A DNA stretch of 64,000 nt from Capsulimonadaceae bacterium (GTDB lineage: Bacteria > Armatimonadota > Armatimonadia > Armatimonadales > Capsulimonadaceae), in assembly GCA_965215505.1 (NCBI GenBank), contig OZ244065.1, forward strand, positions 192,001 to 256,000. Reading direction: 5' to 3'. The position numbers and the translations under genes are program-made. Below are positions 1 through 9,479 of this stretch, one piece after another; position 1 is the stretch's first letter; each line of letters begins with the position of its first letter. Below the pieces are notes generated by a model. The model saw nothing but the letters and a program-made list of their open reading frames with translations. It was not told the DNA's origin and made no database searches.

Positions 1-845
1 ATCCGCAGGTTGGAGACGAAGTCGCGCCACCAGGTCAGGGTGTGGCCGTAGCCGACCGCCCGGAAGGACCACGACCGGTGCAGCACGTCGCCGTAGGATT
101 TGGTGTCCAGAGTCCCGTTGATGCTGGCATTGTAGGGGTCCACGCGCGTGTCCTTGGCGTGGACATGGAAGACCGCGCCCGCCTCGCCCAGCATCCGGAC
201 GGCGGCGATGGGGTCAATGCCCTGCCACCAGAAGTGGGACGGGTCGAAGTTCGCGCCGATCTGCGTCCCCGCCGCGTCACGCAGCTTGAGGATGGTTTCG
301 GGGTTGTAGACGAGGAAGCCGGGGTGCGCCTCGATGGCGAATTTGACGTTGTGTTCCTTCAGGAACCGGTTCTGCTTCTTCCAGTAGGGGATGGCGACCT
401 TCTTCCACTGGTAGTCCAGGATGTCCCGGAACTCGTCCGGCCAGGCGCACGTCACCCAGTTCGGGTTCTTGGCGCGCGGGCCGTCGCCGGGGCAGCCGGA
501 GAAGCCGTTCACGACGGTCAGGTCCAGCTTCTCGGCCAGCAGGACCGCGTTCTCGAATGCCTTGTGGTGATCGTCGCCGATGGCCCGGTCCGGGTGCAGC
601 GCGTTCCCGTGGACCGAAAGGGAGTCCAGCGTCAGTCCACGGCTTTCAATCATCTTGCGAAGCTTCTTGCGCGCGCCGTCGTCTTTGATCAGCATCTCGA
701 CGCCGCCGGCGTCGTCAAGGTGGCGGCTGCCGGGGTAGGCACCCGCGCCCAGCTCGACGGCCTGGATGCCGTTCGCGGCGATGATGTCCAGCGCCTCTTC
801 GATAGGCTTGTCGTGAAACAGCGCCGTGAATATTCCGATCTTCAT
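1..845 (-). CDS. Sugar phosphate isomerase/epimerase (xylose isomerase-like TIM barrel), 3' end beyond window
   Basis: Not in the ORF track. Read by hand from ATG at 845: MKIGIFTALFHDKPIEEALDIIAANGIQAVELGAG..., later GANFDPSHFWWQGIDP, typical of this family. Confidence 0.85.
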   Translation of the reverse strand, partial: MKIGIFTALFHDKPIEEALDIIAANGIQAVELGAGAYPGSRHLDDAGGVEMLIKDDGARKKLRKMIESRGLTLDSLSVHGNALHPDRAIGDDHHKAFENAVLLAEKLDLTVVNGFSGCPGDGPRAKNPNWVTCAWPDEFRDILDYQWKKVAIPYWKKQNRFLKEHNVKFAIEAHPGFLVYNPETILKLRDAAGTQIGANFDPSHFWWQGIDPIAAVRMLGEAGAVFHVHAKDTRVDPYNASINGTLDTKSYGDVLHRSWSFRAVGYGHTLTWWRDFVSNLR

Positions 846-928
846 TGAAAACGTGTCCTCCTCGGGTGGATGACACCCCTTTCCACGCCGGCCGCGCAGA
901 GTCCTCCCCGTCGGAAAAACAGGGGGCG

Positions 929-1909
929 TCACCGGCCCCGGCTCAGGTACGTCTCCGCCGCTGCCCGATACTCCCAAAGCTCGTCCTGCTTCAGCCCTCG
1001 CCAGCCCTCGCGCGTCTTGGTCAGGGCCTCCACGAACGAGTCGAACAGGGACTCCAGGCCCTGCGGCGTCTTGGCGATCCGTGTCGCTCCGACGTTCTCC
1101 GCCACCTGGGCGGGCGTCTGCATGGAGATCAGCACGCCGTCGATGTCCGGCTGTGCCAGCACCCAATAGAGGTGCGCCTGCGCGGCGGTGAAGCCGTAGA
1201 AGTTCTTGGTCAGGTTGCGGAACCGCCAGGTGTTGGGGAAGCGGACGAAGGGAACGTCCCCCAGCCAGGAGAGCGACTGGGCGGCAAGAGCAGTCACCCC
1301 TTGCGCGCGGCAGGCCGGGAACAGACGCGCCCCCGCCGCCTGATCGAGATAGTTGAACCGCGCCAGCACGATGTCGGCGGGCAGCGCGCCGCCCTCGATG
1401 GCCTCGGCCAATGCGTCATAAGCGCCGTAACAGGTCGCGCCGGTGTGCCGGATCGTCCCGGCGGCCTTCGCCTCCTCCAGCGCCCGCCGCGCCCCGGCCA
1501 GCCGGGCGGGCGTGTGGACCTCGGGGCGGAAGTCGTACAACAGGAAGACGTCCAGCGCGTCCACGCCGAGCAGTTCCCGCTTGCGGGCGATCGCGCCGCT
1601 GACGGCCTGCGCCGCTCCGTCCTCCGTGTCCGGGCAGCGGTCCAAAGCGTCGCCGTCGGTGGTGCTGACCGTCACTTCCCGCCTGATGCCGAGGCTGCGG
1701 AGGGACGCGCCCAGTGAGGCGGCCTCGCGCTCGTAGGCCGCGTGGAAGAAGGTGATGCCGCCGTCCAGGGCCGCCCGGACGGTCGCCGCCCGCTCTTCGG
1801 GACTGGCGAGGTAGATGTCGCTGTCGGGCGATGCGCTCCCCGGCTCGCGCCGGAAGGGCCGCTCGCCATAGGCGAGGCGGGTGGGGGAGAGGATGGGGCC
1901 ATCGCTCAT
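929..1909 (-). CDS. Aldo/keto reductase-like protein
   Basis: VRAALDGGITFFHAA, LGVDALDVFLL, GTIRHTGAT and WVLAQPDIDGVLISMQTPAQVAENV resemble AKR motifs, although degenerate. Confidence 0.7.
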   Translation of the reverse strand: MSDGPILSPTRLAYGERPFRREPGSASPDSDIYLASPEERAATVRAALDGGITFFHAAYEREAASLGASLRSLGIRREVTVSTTDGDALDRCPDTEDGAAQAVSGAIARKRELLGVDALDVFLLYDFRPEVHTPARLAGARRALEEAKAAGTIRHTGATCYGAYDALAEAIEGGALPADIVLARFNYLDQAAGARLFPACRAQGVTALAAQSLSWLGDVPFVRFPNTWRFRNLTKNFYGFTAAQAHLYWVLAQPDIDGVLISMQTPAQVAENVGATRIAKTPQGLESLFDSFVEALTKTREGWRGLKQDELWEYRAAAETYLSRGR

Positions 1910-2691
1910 GGGTGTGTCCTCACCGTCACCCGGTCCCCCACGTTCACCCGCAACTGGTGGCGCGCGTCCCCGTTCCGCACGGCGATCTCCAAGTATCCGC
2001 TGCTGCCGAACAGGGCCAGCGGCTCGCCCTCCGGCACCTGGCTGTAGCTGTCCGAGAGGCCTTCGATGGACGTGCCGCTCACCGTGACGACGGTGCCGGC
2101 GACATCCTCGATCTCGGCCATGTCTTCGGTCACGTCCGTGAACAGGTTGCCGAACACGTCTACATGGATGACGTGACAGGTGATGGTGTTGCCGAAGACG
2201 AGGGGCTGTGACAATGGGAACCTCTGCAATGTGTCCACCCGCGTCCCCAACGTCTCCAGCGGGACACCGTTCGCGAGATGGGCGGCGACCGGGGCGAAGA
2301 GGTCACGCCCGTGGAACGTCCGGCTGACGTGGGGCAGGTGGAACCGAGAATCGTCCAGTGTCACCGCCTGTGTCAGCGGGTCCTCCGCCAGCACATAGGA
2401 GAGCAGGCCGTTGTCGGGGCAGACATAGAAGAAGTCCCCGATCTTCGCCGCCACGGGCCGCCGCGCGCCGCCGACGCCGGGGTCCACGACGGCCAGGTGG
2501 ATGGTCCCCGGCGGGAAGTATCGGTAGGAGGTCTTCAGTACGAACGCGCCGGCCTTGATGTCTTGCGGGGGCACGTCATGTGTCAGGTCAATGACGTCGG
2601 CGTGGGGCGCGAGGGACTTGATGACGCCCTTCATCACGCCCACGAAGGCGTCCCGTGTGCCGAAGTCCGTCAGCAGGGTAATAACAGGCAT
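1906..2691 (-). CDS. SAM hydroxide adenosyltransferase / chlorinase-fluorinase family (DUF62)
   Basis: MPVITLLTDFG, VVDPGVG, PDNG, TFHGRDLFAP, DVFGN, SSGYLEIAV; ATG at 2691. Confidence 0.92.
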   Translation of the reverse strand: MPVITLLTDFGTRDAFVGVMKGVIKSLAPHADVIDLTHDVPPQDIKAGAFVLKTSYRYFPPGTIHLAVVDPGVGGARRPVAAKIGDFFYVCPDNGLLSYVLAEDPLTQAVTLDDSRFHLPHVSRTFHGRDLFAPVAAHLANGVPLETLGTRVDTLQRFPLSQPLVFGNTITCHVIHVDVFGNLFTDVTEDMAEIEDVAGTVVTVSGTSIEGLSDSYSQVPEGEPLALFGSSGYLEIAVRNGDARHQLRVNVGDRVTVRTHP

Positions 2692-2704
2692 GAGGCACAC
2701 TCTC

Positions 2705-2734
2705 TTGACAAACAGCAGACGGATACGATAGAAT
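2705..2734 (+). promoter_or_regulatory. Sigma70-type promoter for the CHAD-Ppx operon
   Basis: TTGACA (2705-2710), 18-bp spacer, TAGAAT (2729-2734); the ATG at 2746 would give a near-leaderless mRNA. Confidence 0.6.
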
Positions 2735-2745
2735 GGCGGACACAC

Positions 2746-3225
2746 ATGGCTAAATCAGCGTATGACATCGCACCGGACGCCACCTTCATTGAAGCGGCGC
2801 ACACCTCGCTCCAGCAGCAGCTCCACGAGATGATGACCAACCTAGACGGCACCCGCGCGGGCGACGACATCGAGGCCCTGCACGACATGCGGGTCGCCTC
2901 CCGCCGCCTCCGCGCGGCCCTCTCCGTCTTCGCGGCGGCCTTCCCGCCCAAGCCCTTCGCCGCCACCGAGAAGGAGGTCGCCAAGACGACCGACGCCCTG
3001 GGCGCGGTGCGGGATGGGGACGTCCAGATCGAGTTCATGGAGTCGGTCATCGAGGCCGCCCCCGAGAGCGAGAAGGTCGGCCTGCGGGCCTTCGCCGAAC
3101 ACCTCAAGAAAGAGCGGGACCGCGAGCGGGTCCTGCTCGTCAAGGAGCTGAACCGGCTGGAGAAGAGCCATTTCGTGCGGGACTTCCATAAGCTGCTCGG
3201 GACGGAGGATGCCGCACATGGCTAA
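2746..3225 (+). CDS. CHAD domain protein, N-terminal-half type
   Basis: DIEALHDMRVASRRLRAAL and LGAVRDGDV motifs; ATG at 2746. Confidence 0.85.
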   Translation: MAKSAYDIAPDATFIEAAHTSLQQQLHEMMTNLDGTRAGDDIEALHDMRVASRRLRAALSVFAAAFPPKPFAATEKEVAKTTDALGAVRDGDVQIEFMESVIEAAPESEKVGLRAFAEHLKKERDRERVLLVKELNRLEKSHFVRDFHKLLGTEDAAHG

Positions 3226-3748
3226 GGCCCTCCCCCTGTATGCCGTCAACCCGCGCGAGTCCCTGCGCTCCAATGCGCCCCTGATGCTCCACACGCGCCT
3301 GGAAGAGCTGTACCAGTTCGCCCCCTACATCAGTGATCCGGTGCGGGTGGAGGAGCTGCACAACATGCGGATCGCCGCCAAACGCCTGCGCTACACCATG
3401 GAGATCTTCCAGCCGTGCTTTCCCGGCAAGGACTTTTCCAAGCTCTACGATCAAGTCAAGGCCGTGCAGGAGCAGATCGGCGAGATCCACGACCGGGACG
3501 TGCGCGGGCCGCTGCTGAAAGACTTTTTGGACAGCCACGTCGGCGACCGCCCCGAGATTAGGGCCGGGCTGGAGCGGCTGATCCAGAGCCAATCGGCGGA
3601 GCGGGCGAAGCTGTACCGCGGCTTCGTCGGCTCCTGGAACAAGATGCAAAAGCAAGGATTTAAGCGCCAGTTCTTGCAGGTGCTGGTCCAGGCCGAGCCG
3701 GAGCCGACCGAGACGGCGGCGGACGAGGAGATTGTACCCACCCCATGA
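3218..3748 (+). CDS. CHAD domain protein, C-terminal-half type
   Basis: EELHNMRIAAKRLRYTME and QEQIGEIHDRDV motifs; GGAGG RBS, overlaps the previous stop. Confidence 0.85.
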   Translation: MAKALPLYAVNPRESLRSNAPLMLHTRLEELYQFAPYISDPVRVEELHNMRIAAKRLRYTMEIFQPCFPGKDFSKLYDQVKAVQEQIGEIHDRDVRGPLLKDFLDSHVGDRPEIRAGLERLIQSQSAERAKLYRGFVGSWNKMQKQGFKRQFLQVLVQAEPEPTETAADEEIVPTP

Positions 3749-4353
3749 GCAAAACTCTAGCCCCAACCCAGGCGGACGAAGTGGCCCCCTCGGACCTGCC
3801 CGAAATCCCCTACCTCGGCGCGACCCGCCGGCAGGCTCTGGCGGAGGCCGGGATACGGACGCTGGACGAACTCCGGGCCGCGAGCGTGGAACAGATCGGC
3901 GGCATCAAGGGCGTCGGCATGGTCAACGCCGCCCGCGTCAAGGAGTGGCTGGCGGTGCAGGCCGAGATGCCCGCCGTCGCCCTGGCGACCCCGCTCCCGC
4001 AGACGGACGGGTCCGCCTCGGCTCTGGCGGTCGCCAACCAGGACGTCCAGGAGGTGTTCCAGAAGCTCGGCGACGCCGCCGAAAAGCTGAAAAAGACGGT
4101 CCCGGCCAAGACGCGCGACAAGGGCCTGGACCGGCAGCTCGACAAGCTGGACACGGTCGCCTCGGAGCTTGCCGAAGGCCCGGACACGCTCTCCATGGGA
4201 CAGGTGCAGGAGGCGGTCAAGACGCTGGACAAGATCGCCGCCCTGCTCGAAGCCGCTGCGGCGGCGGAGAAGCTGACGCCCAAGAAGCAGGCCGTGCTGA
4301 TCGAGGAACTGCGCGCCCGCCGCAAGCGTCTCCAGAAAACGCTGGGCGAATAG
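3745..4353 (+). CDS. Helix-hairpin-helix domain protein with helical C-terminus
   Basis: IPYLGATRRQALAEAGIRTLDEL and IKGVGMVNA HhH-like motifs; ATGA overlap with the previous gene. Confidence 0.7.
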   Translation: MSKTLAPTQADEVAPSDLPEIPYLGATRRQALAEAGIRTLDELRAASVEQIGGIKGVGMVNAARVKEWLAVQAEMPAVALATPLPQTDGSASALAVANQDVQEVFQKLGDAAEKLKKTVPAKTRDKGLDRQLDKLDTVASELAEGPDTLSMGQVQEAVKTLDKIAALLEAAAAAEKLTPKKQAVLIEELRARRKRLQKTLGE

Positions 4354-4372
4354 ATCAGGACAGTGGGACGAA

Positions 4373-5014
4373 GTGCAGTACGGCGTCTTCAGTGATGTTC
4401 ACGGCAACTTAGGCGCACTCGAAGCAGTCTGGAATGCCCTGGAGATGGTGGGCATGACAGACCGGCCCGTCTTCAATGCCGGGGATGTCGTTGGTTACGG
4501 CGACGCGCCCGAGGCGTGCGTCCGGTTCCTGCGCGCCCGGCCCGGCATCATCACCGTGCGCGGCAACTACGATAAGAACGTCGCCGCGTTCCCCGAGCGC
4601 GAGGCCGAGTACCGCAAGAAGTGGGGCCGGTCCCGCCCCGACAAGTACGAGGCCATCCACCGCGACAGCGAGGCCATCACGGAGGAAACCCGGCAGTGGC
4701 TCGCCGGCCTGCCCGGCGAAATCGAGCTTGGGCTGGACGGCGTTGCCGTCCTGATGACCCACTACGCGCCCGGCTCCAAAGAGGGCCTGGGGAGCTGGAC
4801 GCCCGATGCCCGGCTGGCCGAACTGGCGGAAACGACGGATGCCAACGTCGTCGTCTGCGGCCACACGCACACGCCCTTTGTCCGCGCTGTCGGCGGCGTT
4901 CTCTGGGTCAACCCCGGCAGCCTGGGCCGCTCCTGGGACGGCCGTTTCCGCTATGCCGTCCTGACCCTCGCCTCCGGCCAGCCGCCGAAAGCCCAACTCA
5001 AACAGCTAGGATGA
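4373..5014 (+). CDS. Metallophosphoesterase (calcineurin-like, YfcE type)
   Basis: SDVHGN, GDVVGYG, RGNYD, GHTH, NPGSLG motifs. Confidence 0.9.
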   Translation: MQYGVFSDVHGNLGALEAVWNALEMVGMTDRPVFNAGDVVGYGDAPEACVRFLRARPGIITVRGNYDKNVAAFPEREAEYRKKWGRSRPDKYEAIHRDSEAITEETRQWLAGLPGEIELGLDGVAVLMTHYAPGSKEGLGSWTPDARLAELAETTDANVVVCGHTHTPFVRAVGGVLWVNPGSLGRSWDGRFRYAVLTLASGQPPKAQLKQLG

Positions 5015-5946
5015 AGACCATGCGCCTCGCCGCCATTGACATCGGGACCAACTCCACGAAGATGACCGTCGCCGACGTGTCCGACGAGGGCGCGCTCACC
5101 GTCGTCGCCGAGCAGTCGGACGTGACACGGCTGGGCGAGGGCGTGGACGCCTCGAAGCGGCTTGGGGAAGTGCCCATGGCCCGTACTCTTGAGGCCATCG
5201 CCCGCTTCGCCGCCGACGCCCGCCGACAGGGCACTCAGACCGTCCTGGGCGCGGGAACGAGCGCCCTCCGGGACGCCGCCAACGGCGCGGACTTCATCGC
5301 GCAGGCGAAGGCGCGCGCCGACGTTAACATCCAGATCATCAGCGGCGACCGTGAGGCGCAGCTCGCCTACGCCGCCGTCCGCTCCGACGCGACGCTCAAC
5401 ATCCCCGCCGAAGCCTTCCTGCTCGTGTTTGACATCGGCGGCGGCAGCACGGAACTCATCCTGGGCGATCGGGCCGGGGTGGGGCGGCACAAGAGCCTGG
5501 ACATCGGGGCCGTCCGCCTGACCGAGCGTTTCCTGCACTCCGACCCGCCGACGGCCTATGAACTGGACCAGGCCGCGCAGTACGCCCGCGCCGCCTTTGA
5601 GACGTTCCCCACGCCCGACACTCCCCCGCTCGTCGCCGGCATCGGCGGCACCGCCGTCAACATCGCCGCCGTCACGATGGGACAGGCCAAACCCGACCCC
5701 GACGCCCTGCACGGCACGGCCCTCGCCCATCCCGATGTTGCCGCCGCCCTGGGCCGCTTCGCCCATTCGTCACTTGCCGCCCGCCGCGAAATCCCCGGCC
5801 TCGAACCCAAACGCGCCGACGTCATCGTCGCCGGGGCGCTCATCCTCGACTCCCTCCTGACCTACTTCCACGCCGACCGCTTCACCCTCAGCGCCCGCGG
5901 CCTGCGCTACGGCCTGCTGGCGGATTACGCGAAGGCAAATCGGTAG
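5011..5946 (+). CDS. ppx: Ppx/GppA family exopolyphosphatase
   Basis: AAIDIGTNS, TRLGEG, TSALRDA, GDREA, DIGGGSTE, RADVIVAG, GLRYG. Confidence 0.9.
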   Translation: MKTMRLAAIDIGTNSTKMTVADVSDEGALTVVAEQSDVTRLGEGVDASKRLGEVPMARTLEAIARFAADARRQGTQTVLGAGTSALRDAANGADFIAQAKARADVNIQIISGDREAQLAYAAVRSDATLNIPAEAFLLVFDIGGGSTELILGDRAGVGRHKSLDIGAVRLTERFLHSDPPTAYELDQAAQYARAAFETFPTPDTPPLVAGIGGTAVNIAAVTMGQAKPDPDALHGTALAHPDVAAALGRFAHSSLAARREIPGLEPKRADVIVAGALILDSLLTYFHADRFTLSARGLRYGLLADYAKANR

Positions 5947-5950
5947 CCAC

Positions 5951-6487
5951 TTGCGACCACAAGTAAATCTGGATCGCATCGAAGAAAGACTGAACCGCCG
6001 CCGGACCGATGGCCGATTTGGCTGGCTCATGTTCCCGCCTAACCAAACATCGCCTATGGATGCCGTAGGCATGAAGGCTGTGTTGCGCCGCGCCTTCATC
6101 TTTCCATTTCTCCTCATTGCCTACTTCGCGATCTTCTTTATCTTCACGTCGCTTATTATTGTCGCTGCCACTGCAATCGAATATCGGCATCATATCCACC
6201 ATCTAAACTGGCGACTGCTGAAAGTGCTATTTAGGTTTGCCTACCGGACTCAACTCAGCATTATGTCTAAAGACGGTGAATCTCCGATAGATTATGTCTT
6301 CATTACTCTTGGTTTTGCGGCGCTGAATGTCGTTTTCCTACTCTCTTTGAGATGGGCCTGGAACCGCCGCGCTGACCGCCTGAACCGTGAGGCAAATGAG
6401 CCGCAGGCGCTGCTCGCTATTGACACCGGCATCTGGCCCCCGCCGCCGACCGTCTCCGCTTCCGCTGACACCCTGCCGAGAACATAA
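5951..6487 (+). CDS. Hypothetical membrane protein with WPPPP tail
   Basis: Two hydrophobic segments, WAWNRRADRL, GIWPPPP; visibly lower GC than its neighbours; TTG start uncertain. Confidence 0.6.
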   Translation: MRPQVNLDRIEERLNRRRTDGRFGWLMFPPNQTSPMDAVGMKAVLRRAFIFPFLLIAYFAIFFIFTSLIIVAATAIEYRHHIHHLNWRLLKVLFRFAYRTQLSIMSKDGESPIDYVFITLGFAALNVVFLLSLRWAWNRRADRLNREANEPQALLAIDTGIWPPPPTVSASADTLPRT

Positions 6488-6489
6488 TC

Positions 6490-7317
6490 ATGCTTGGAAT
6501 GCCCTCCTGGTTCGGAATCGTCCTCATCATCGTCATGGTCATCGGCGAGTTCGCCTGCTGCGCCCTGCCCGCCCTGCTGTGGGCACTCATCGGGAAGCAG
6601 GACTTGGTGGAGGCGTTCGCGTGGCGGCGGGCGGACTGGCGGGAGTATGTCGGGGCCGTGCTGCTGGGGCTGGGATTCCTCCCCTGGGTGCAAACGCTGA
6701 TCGTGATACAGAACCACGTCTGGCCCCGGAGCATGGCGGGGCAGGCGGCAAACACCGCTCTTATGCTGCCGCTGCTCCAGCATTACGCCATCGTGATGGT
6801 GCTGGCCCTGCCTGTCTCGGCGGCGTTCAGCGAGGAGCTGCTCTTTCGGGGCACGCTCCAGCGCGCCCTCCTCAAGCGGATGCCGGTCTGGGCCGCCGTC
6901 GGGCTGGCCTCCCTGATCTTCGCCGCCGTGCATTTTGACTTGCAGGGGTTCATCGTGCGGACGATGCTCGGCGTCCTGCTGGCCGTCATGGTGCTGCGCG
7001 GGCGGTCCATCTTCCCCGCGATGGCTCTGCACTTCATTTACGACGCCGCCGCTCTGGGCAGCGCGGCCTGGGACGTGCATTCCCAGGGCATGAAAGCCGC
7101 CCTGCGCGTGGCGGGCCGGGCGGACATGGGCGTCAGCCTGCAAGAGCTGGTCATCAGCACCGCCGTCGGGACGCTCCTGCTGGCGGCGGGCTGGGGCCTG
7201 TGCTGGAGCGTCTGGCGGCGGAAGCGTGTGGAACCGGCTGTGGAGGAGGCGGCACCGGAGCCGGGGACGGTCTGGCCGCCCGCGCCGCAGGGGCCGGGAG
7301 AGGCGGCGGCCTCGTGA
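6490..7317 (+). CDS. CPBP (CAAX protease/Abi) family intramembrane metalloprotease
   Basis: EELLFRG, FAAVH and HFIYD motifs, multiple TM segments; VWPPAP near the C-terminus. Confidence 0.88.
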   Translation: MLGMPSWFGIVLIIVMVIGEFACCALPALLWALIGKQDLVEAFAWRRADWREYVGAVLLGLGFLPWVQTLIVIQNHVWPRSMAGQAANTALMLPLLQHYAIVMVLALPVSAAFSEELLFRGTLQRALLKRMPVWAAVGLASLIFAAVHFDLQGFIVRTMLGVLLAVMVLRGRSIFPAMALHFIYDAAALGSAAWDVHSQGMKAALRVAGRADMGVSLQELVISTAVGTLLLAAGWGLCWSVWRRKRVEPAVEEAAPEPGTVWPPAPQGPGEAAAS

Positions 7318-7787
7318 TGCCCATGATGACCCCTGGGGTGGGTGAACGCTTCTTCAACTGGCAGAGCGACATGGACTGGGCCTGGGGGCCTTTGCTGCCC
7401 CTGCGCCCACCGCGCACGACCCTGATGCGGCCCTGGGTCTGGGTGCGCCTGTTCCTGGCCTTCACCGCGCTGGGCCTGCTCCTGCTGGCATTGATCGCCG
7501 CCCTGTGCGTGCTGCTGCCCCGGCTGGCGGCGGCGAACCATTCCCCCCTCCCGCCGGTCGCCTCCGAGACGCTGTCTACGCTGCAAGCTATGGGGGCGGA
7601 CCCCGGTACGCGCCTGCTGCTGATCGGCATTGCCCTGAGCCTGCCCGTGTTGTTCTTCGCTTTCTGCCTGCCCTACCACTGGGCCTGGAACCGGCGCGCG
7701 GCGCGGCTGCGGGAGACGGGGGAGGAGGCGGAAGAGGCAAGGGAAGCAGAGCGAGCGGGCGTATGGCCGCCGCCACCCGCCTTGTAG
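7317..7787 (+). CDS. Hypothetical membrane protein with WPPPP tail
   Basis: TGATG overlap with the CPBP stop; two TM segments, WAWNRRAARL, GVWPPPPAL*. Confidence 0.7.
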   Translation: MPMMTPGVGERFFNWQSDMDWAWGPLLPLRPPRTTLMRPWVWVRLFLAFTALGLLLLALIAALCVLLPRLAAANHSPLPPVASETLSTLQAMGADPGTRLLLIGIALSLPVLFFAFCLPYHWAWNRRAARLRETGEEAEEAREAERAGVWPPPPAL

Positions 7788-7893
7788 GGGCGCCGCTTGC
7801 CGCGCCCTCTTGTCTTTAGGTCCCCTCCTGCGTCCGCCGCCTGCATCTGATGTTTGGCTGAGTAGAAGAGGGCGCGGCAAGCGGCGCCCCTAC
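7784..7893. repeat. Inverted pair of GTAG-type REP palindromes (REPIN-like)
   Basis: GTAGGGGCGCCGCTTGCCGCGCCCT at 7784-7808 and its exact reverse complement at 7869-7893. Confidence 0.85.
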
Positions 7894-9038
7894 CAAATCT
7901 TCGTCCCCTCCGGCAGCCCCTCGTTCCCCCATAATGGCCCGCCGCCCAGCTCACGCCGCCAGCTATCGCGCCACTTGTGCATCTCGACGGCCCCGATGGG
8001 CGGCATCGGCTGACGCTTCTCGCGCGGCAGGAGCGGCGCGAAGGGACGGTGCGGCTCCGTTTGATACCAGTAGGCGACGGTGGCGAGGTCCAGCGTCAGG
8101 CTGTTGGCGTGGCCGTGCTCGATGCTGGCACGAAGGGACTTCTGGAAGTGGATGGGGTCTTCCAGGTGGAAGCGGTAGCAGTGTGTCCGGCCCAGCCAGC
8201 CCGTCTCGCCGTTGACGCGGGGGTAGCCGAAGTAGGGGTGGGCGTAGATCTCCTTAGGGCACCAAGAAGAGTTAAAGTAGTCCTCCGTTCCCGTGCCATG
8301 CAGGGAGCCGGGCCACGGCTCGCCGTCGATGAGGAACATGTCGTCGCCCTCGCCGTACCACAGCGGGGTGGGGGAGTCCACGAAGTAGTTGACGCCGACG
8401 TAGTGCCCCGCGCCCTCGGCATGGATGAAGACGTGGTTGCGATCGTCCGAGGGGTTCTTCGGCTGGACGCCCAGCGTCTCCCACTCGTTCTCCCGGTCGC
8501 CCTGGCCGGCCTCGGGGGCGGGCATCTGCCGGTTCCACCAGGCATGGAAGCGGCCCATCTCAGCCCCGATGCCGCCCGAATGCTCCTCATAATCCACATA
8601 GTAGTAGAAAGAGCCAATCGCGCTATCCGACTGGTTCTCGATCTCTATTCTGGCTCTATCAGCAAACGGCATGGGAAAATAGCAGTTGAGCGCGTTGCCC
8701 CCGGCGGGCGCGGCGGCGAGGGGGAGGGCGGCGTACAGGTACTTCTCGCCCCACCCTTGCCCGAAGAAATCGCCGATGGGCGCTTCAACGGAGGGCGCGG
8801 CCTCGCCGTCCCAGAACATGCGAAGGACGGCGTTGCGGCGGATCATCGGGTCGTCACACGCGATGGTGATCCAGAGGTGCTTGACGATGCCCGCGCCCGA
8901 CATCTCGGCCAGGGCCTTCGTTTCGCCCGCCTCGATGCGGACAAAGTCGGCGTTGCCGCCGGAGCGGTCATAGGACGAGATGCGTTTGGTGCGGATGCCG
9001 GGGCGGATGAGGGCGAGGCTGCCGAGCGGGCTGGACAT
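7890..9038 (-). CDS. DUF2961 / glycoside hydrolase family 172 protein
   Basis: SSYDRSGGNAD, PSVEAPIGDFF, NCYFPMPF, WYGEGDD, GTGTEDYF, IEHGHAN. Confidence 0.9.
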   Translation of the reverse strand: MSSPLGSLALIRPGIRTKRISSYDRSGGNADFVRIEAGETKALAEMSGAGIVKHLWITIACDDPMIRRNAVLRMFWDGEAAPSVEAPIGDFFGQGWGEKYLYAALPLAAAPAGGNALNCYFPMPFADRARIEIENQSDSAIGSFYYYVDYEEHSGGIGAEMGRFHAWWNRQMPAPEAGQGDRENEWETLGVQPKNPSDDRNHVFIHAEGAGHYVGVNYFVDSPTPLWYGEGDDMFLIDGEPWPGSLHGTGTEDYFNSSWCPKEIYAHPYFGYPRVNGETGWLGRTHCYRFHLEDPIHFQKSLRASIEHGHANSLTLDLATVAYWYQTEPHRPFAPLLPREKRQPMPPIGAVEMHKWRDSWRRELGGGPLWGNEGLPEGTKIW

Positions 9039-9143
9039 GGCGCTGTCTCCTGTGGAGGTCGTAAGGTGACAGTATGATACTCTAATCCGGCATTGACTTC
9101 CTGCGTGAAATGAGCCACTATATAATCACTCTAGATCACAGGA

Positions 9144-9479
9144 ATGAGGCTGATCATGCTGGACACACGCGAGACATATCCCTTGAGCGATTTCGTGAAG
9201 AACCCGGAAGCGCACATCGCGCGGCTTAAGGAGACCCGCACCCCGGAAGTGCTGACCACTGACGGGCGAGCTGAGGCCGTGCTGCTGGACACGGAAACTT
9301 ACGAAGACCTGATGGAGCAGATACGTAGGGCCAAAGGGATGGCTGCTGTTCGCGCCGCTATTCGAGAAGCCAAATGCGCCGGGCCGCGCGAGGAAGTGAG
9401 TGAGGCCGAGATAAAACGCAGTCATGCCATTGTTGATGAAATCATGGCGGAGACGGAGCGGCTCGGACTCTACCGTTGA
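9144..9479 (+). CDS. Phd/YefM-like antitoxin
   Basis: LSDFVKNP...LKETRTPEVLTTDGRAEAVLLD pattern; directly upstream of and overlapping a PIN gene; TATAAT at 9121-9126. Confidence 0.75.
   Translation: MRLIMLDTRETYPLSDFVKNPEAHIARLKETRTPEVLTTDGRAEAVLLDTETYEDLMEQIRRAKGMAAVRAAIREAKCAGPREEVSEAEIKRSHAIVDEIMAETERLGLYR

Noticed and set aside
42-848. 268-aa plus-strand ORF
   Set aside because: Antisense shadow of the minus-strand sugar isomerase gene, which has recognisable motifs.
1906-2691. Fluorinase/chlorinase implying halometabolite biosynthesis
   Set aside because: Most DUF62 members are SAM hydroxide adenosyltransferases, and there is no biosynthetic cluster context.
9093-9126. TTGACT...TATAAT as a complete promoter
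   Set aside because: The spacer is 22 bp, which is too long; only the -10 box is credible.
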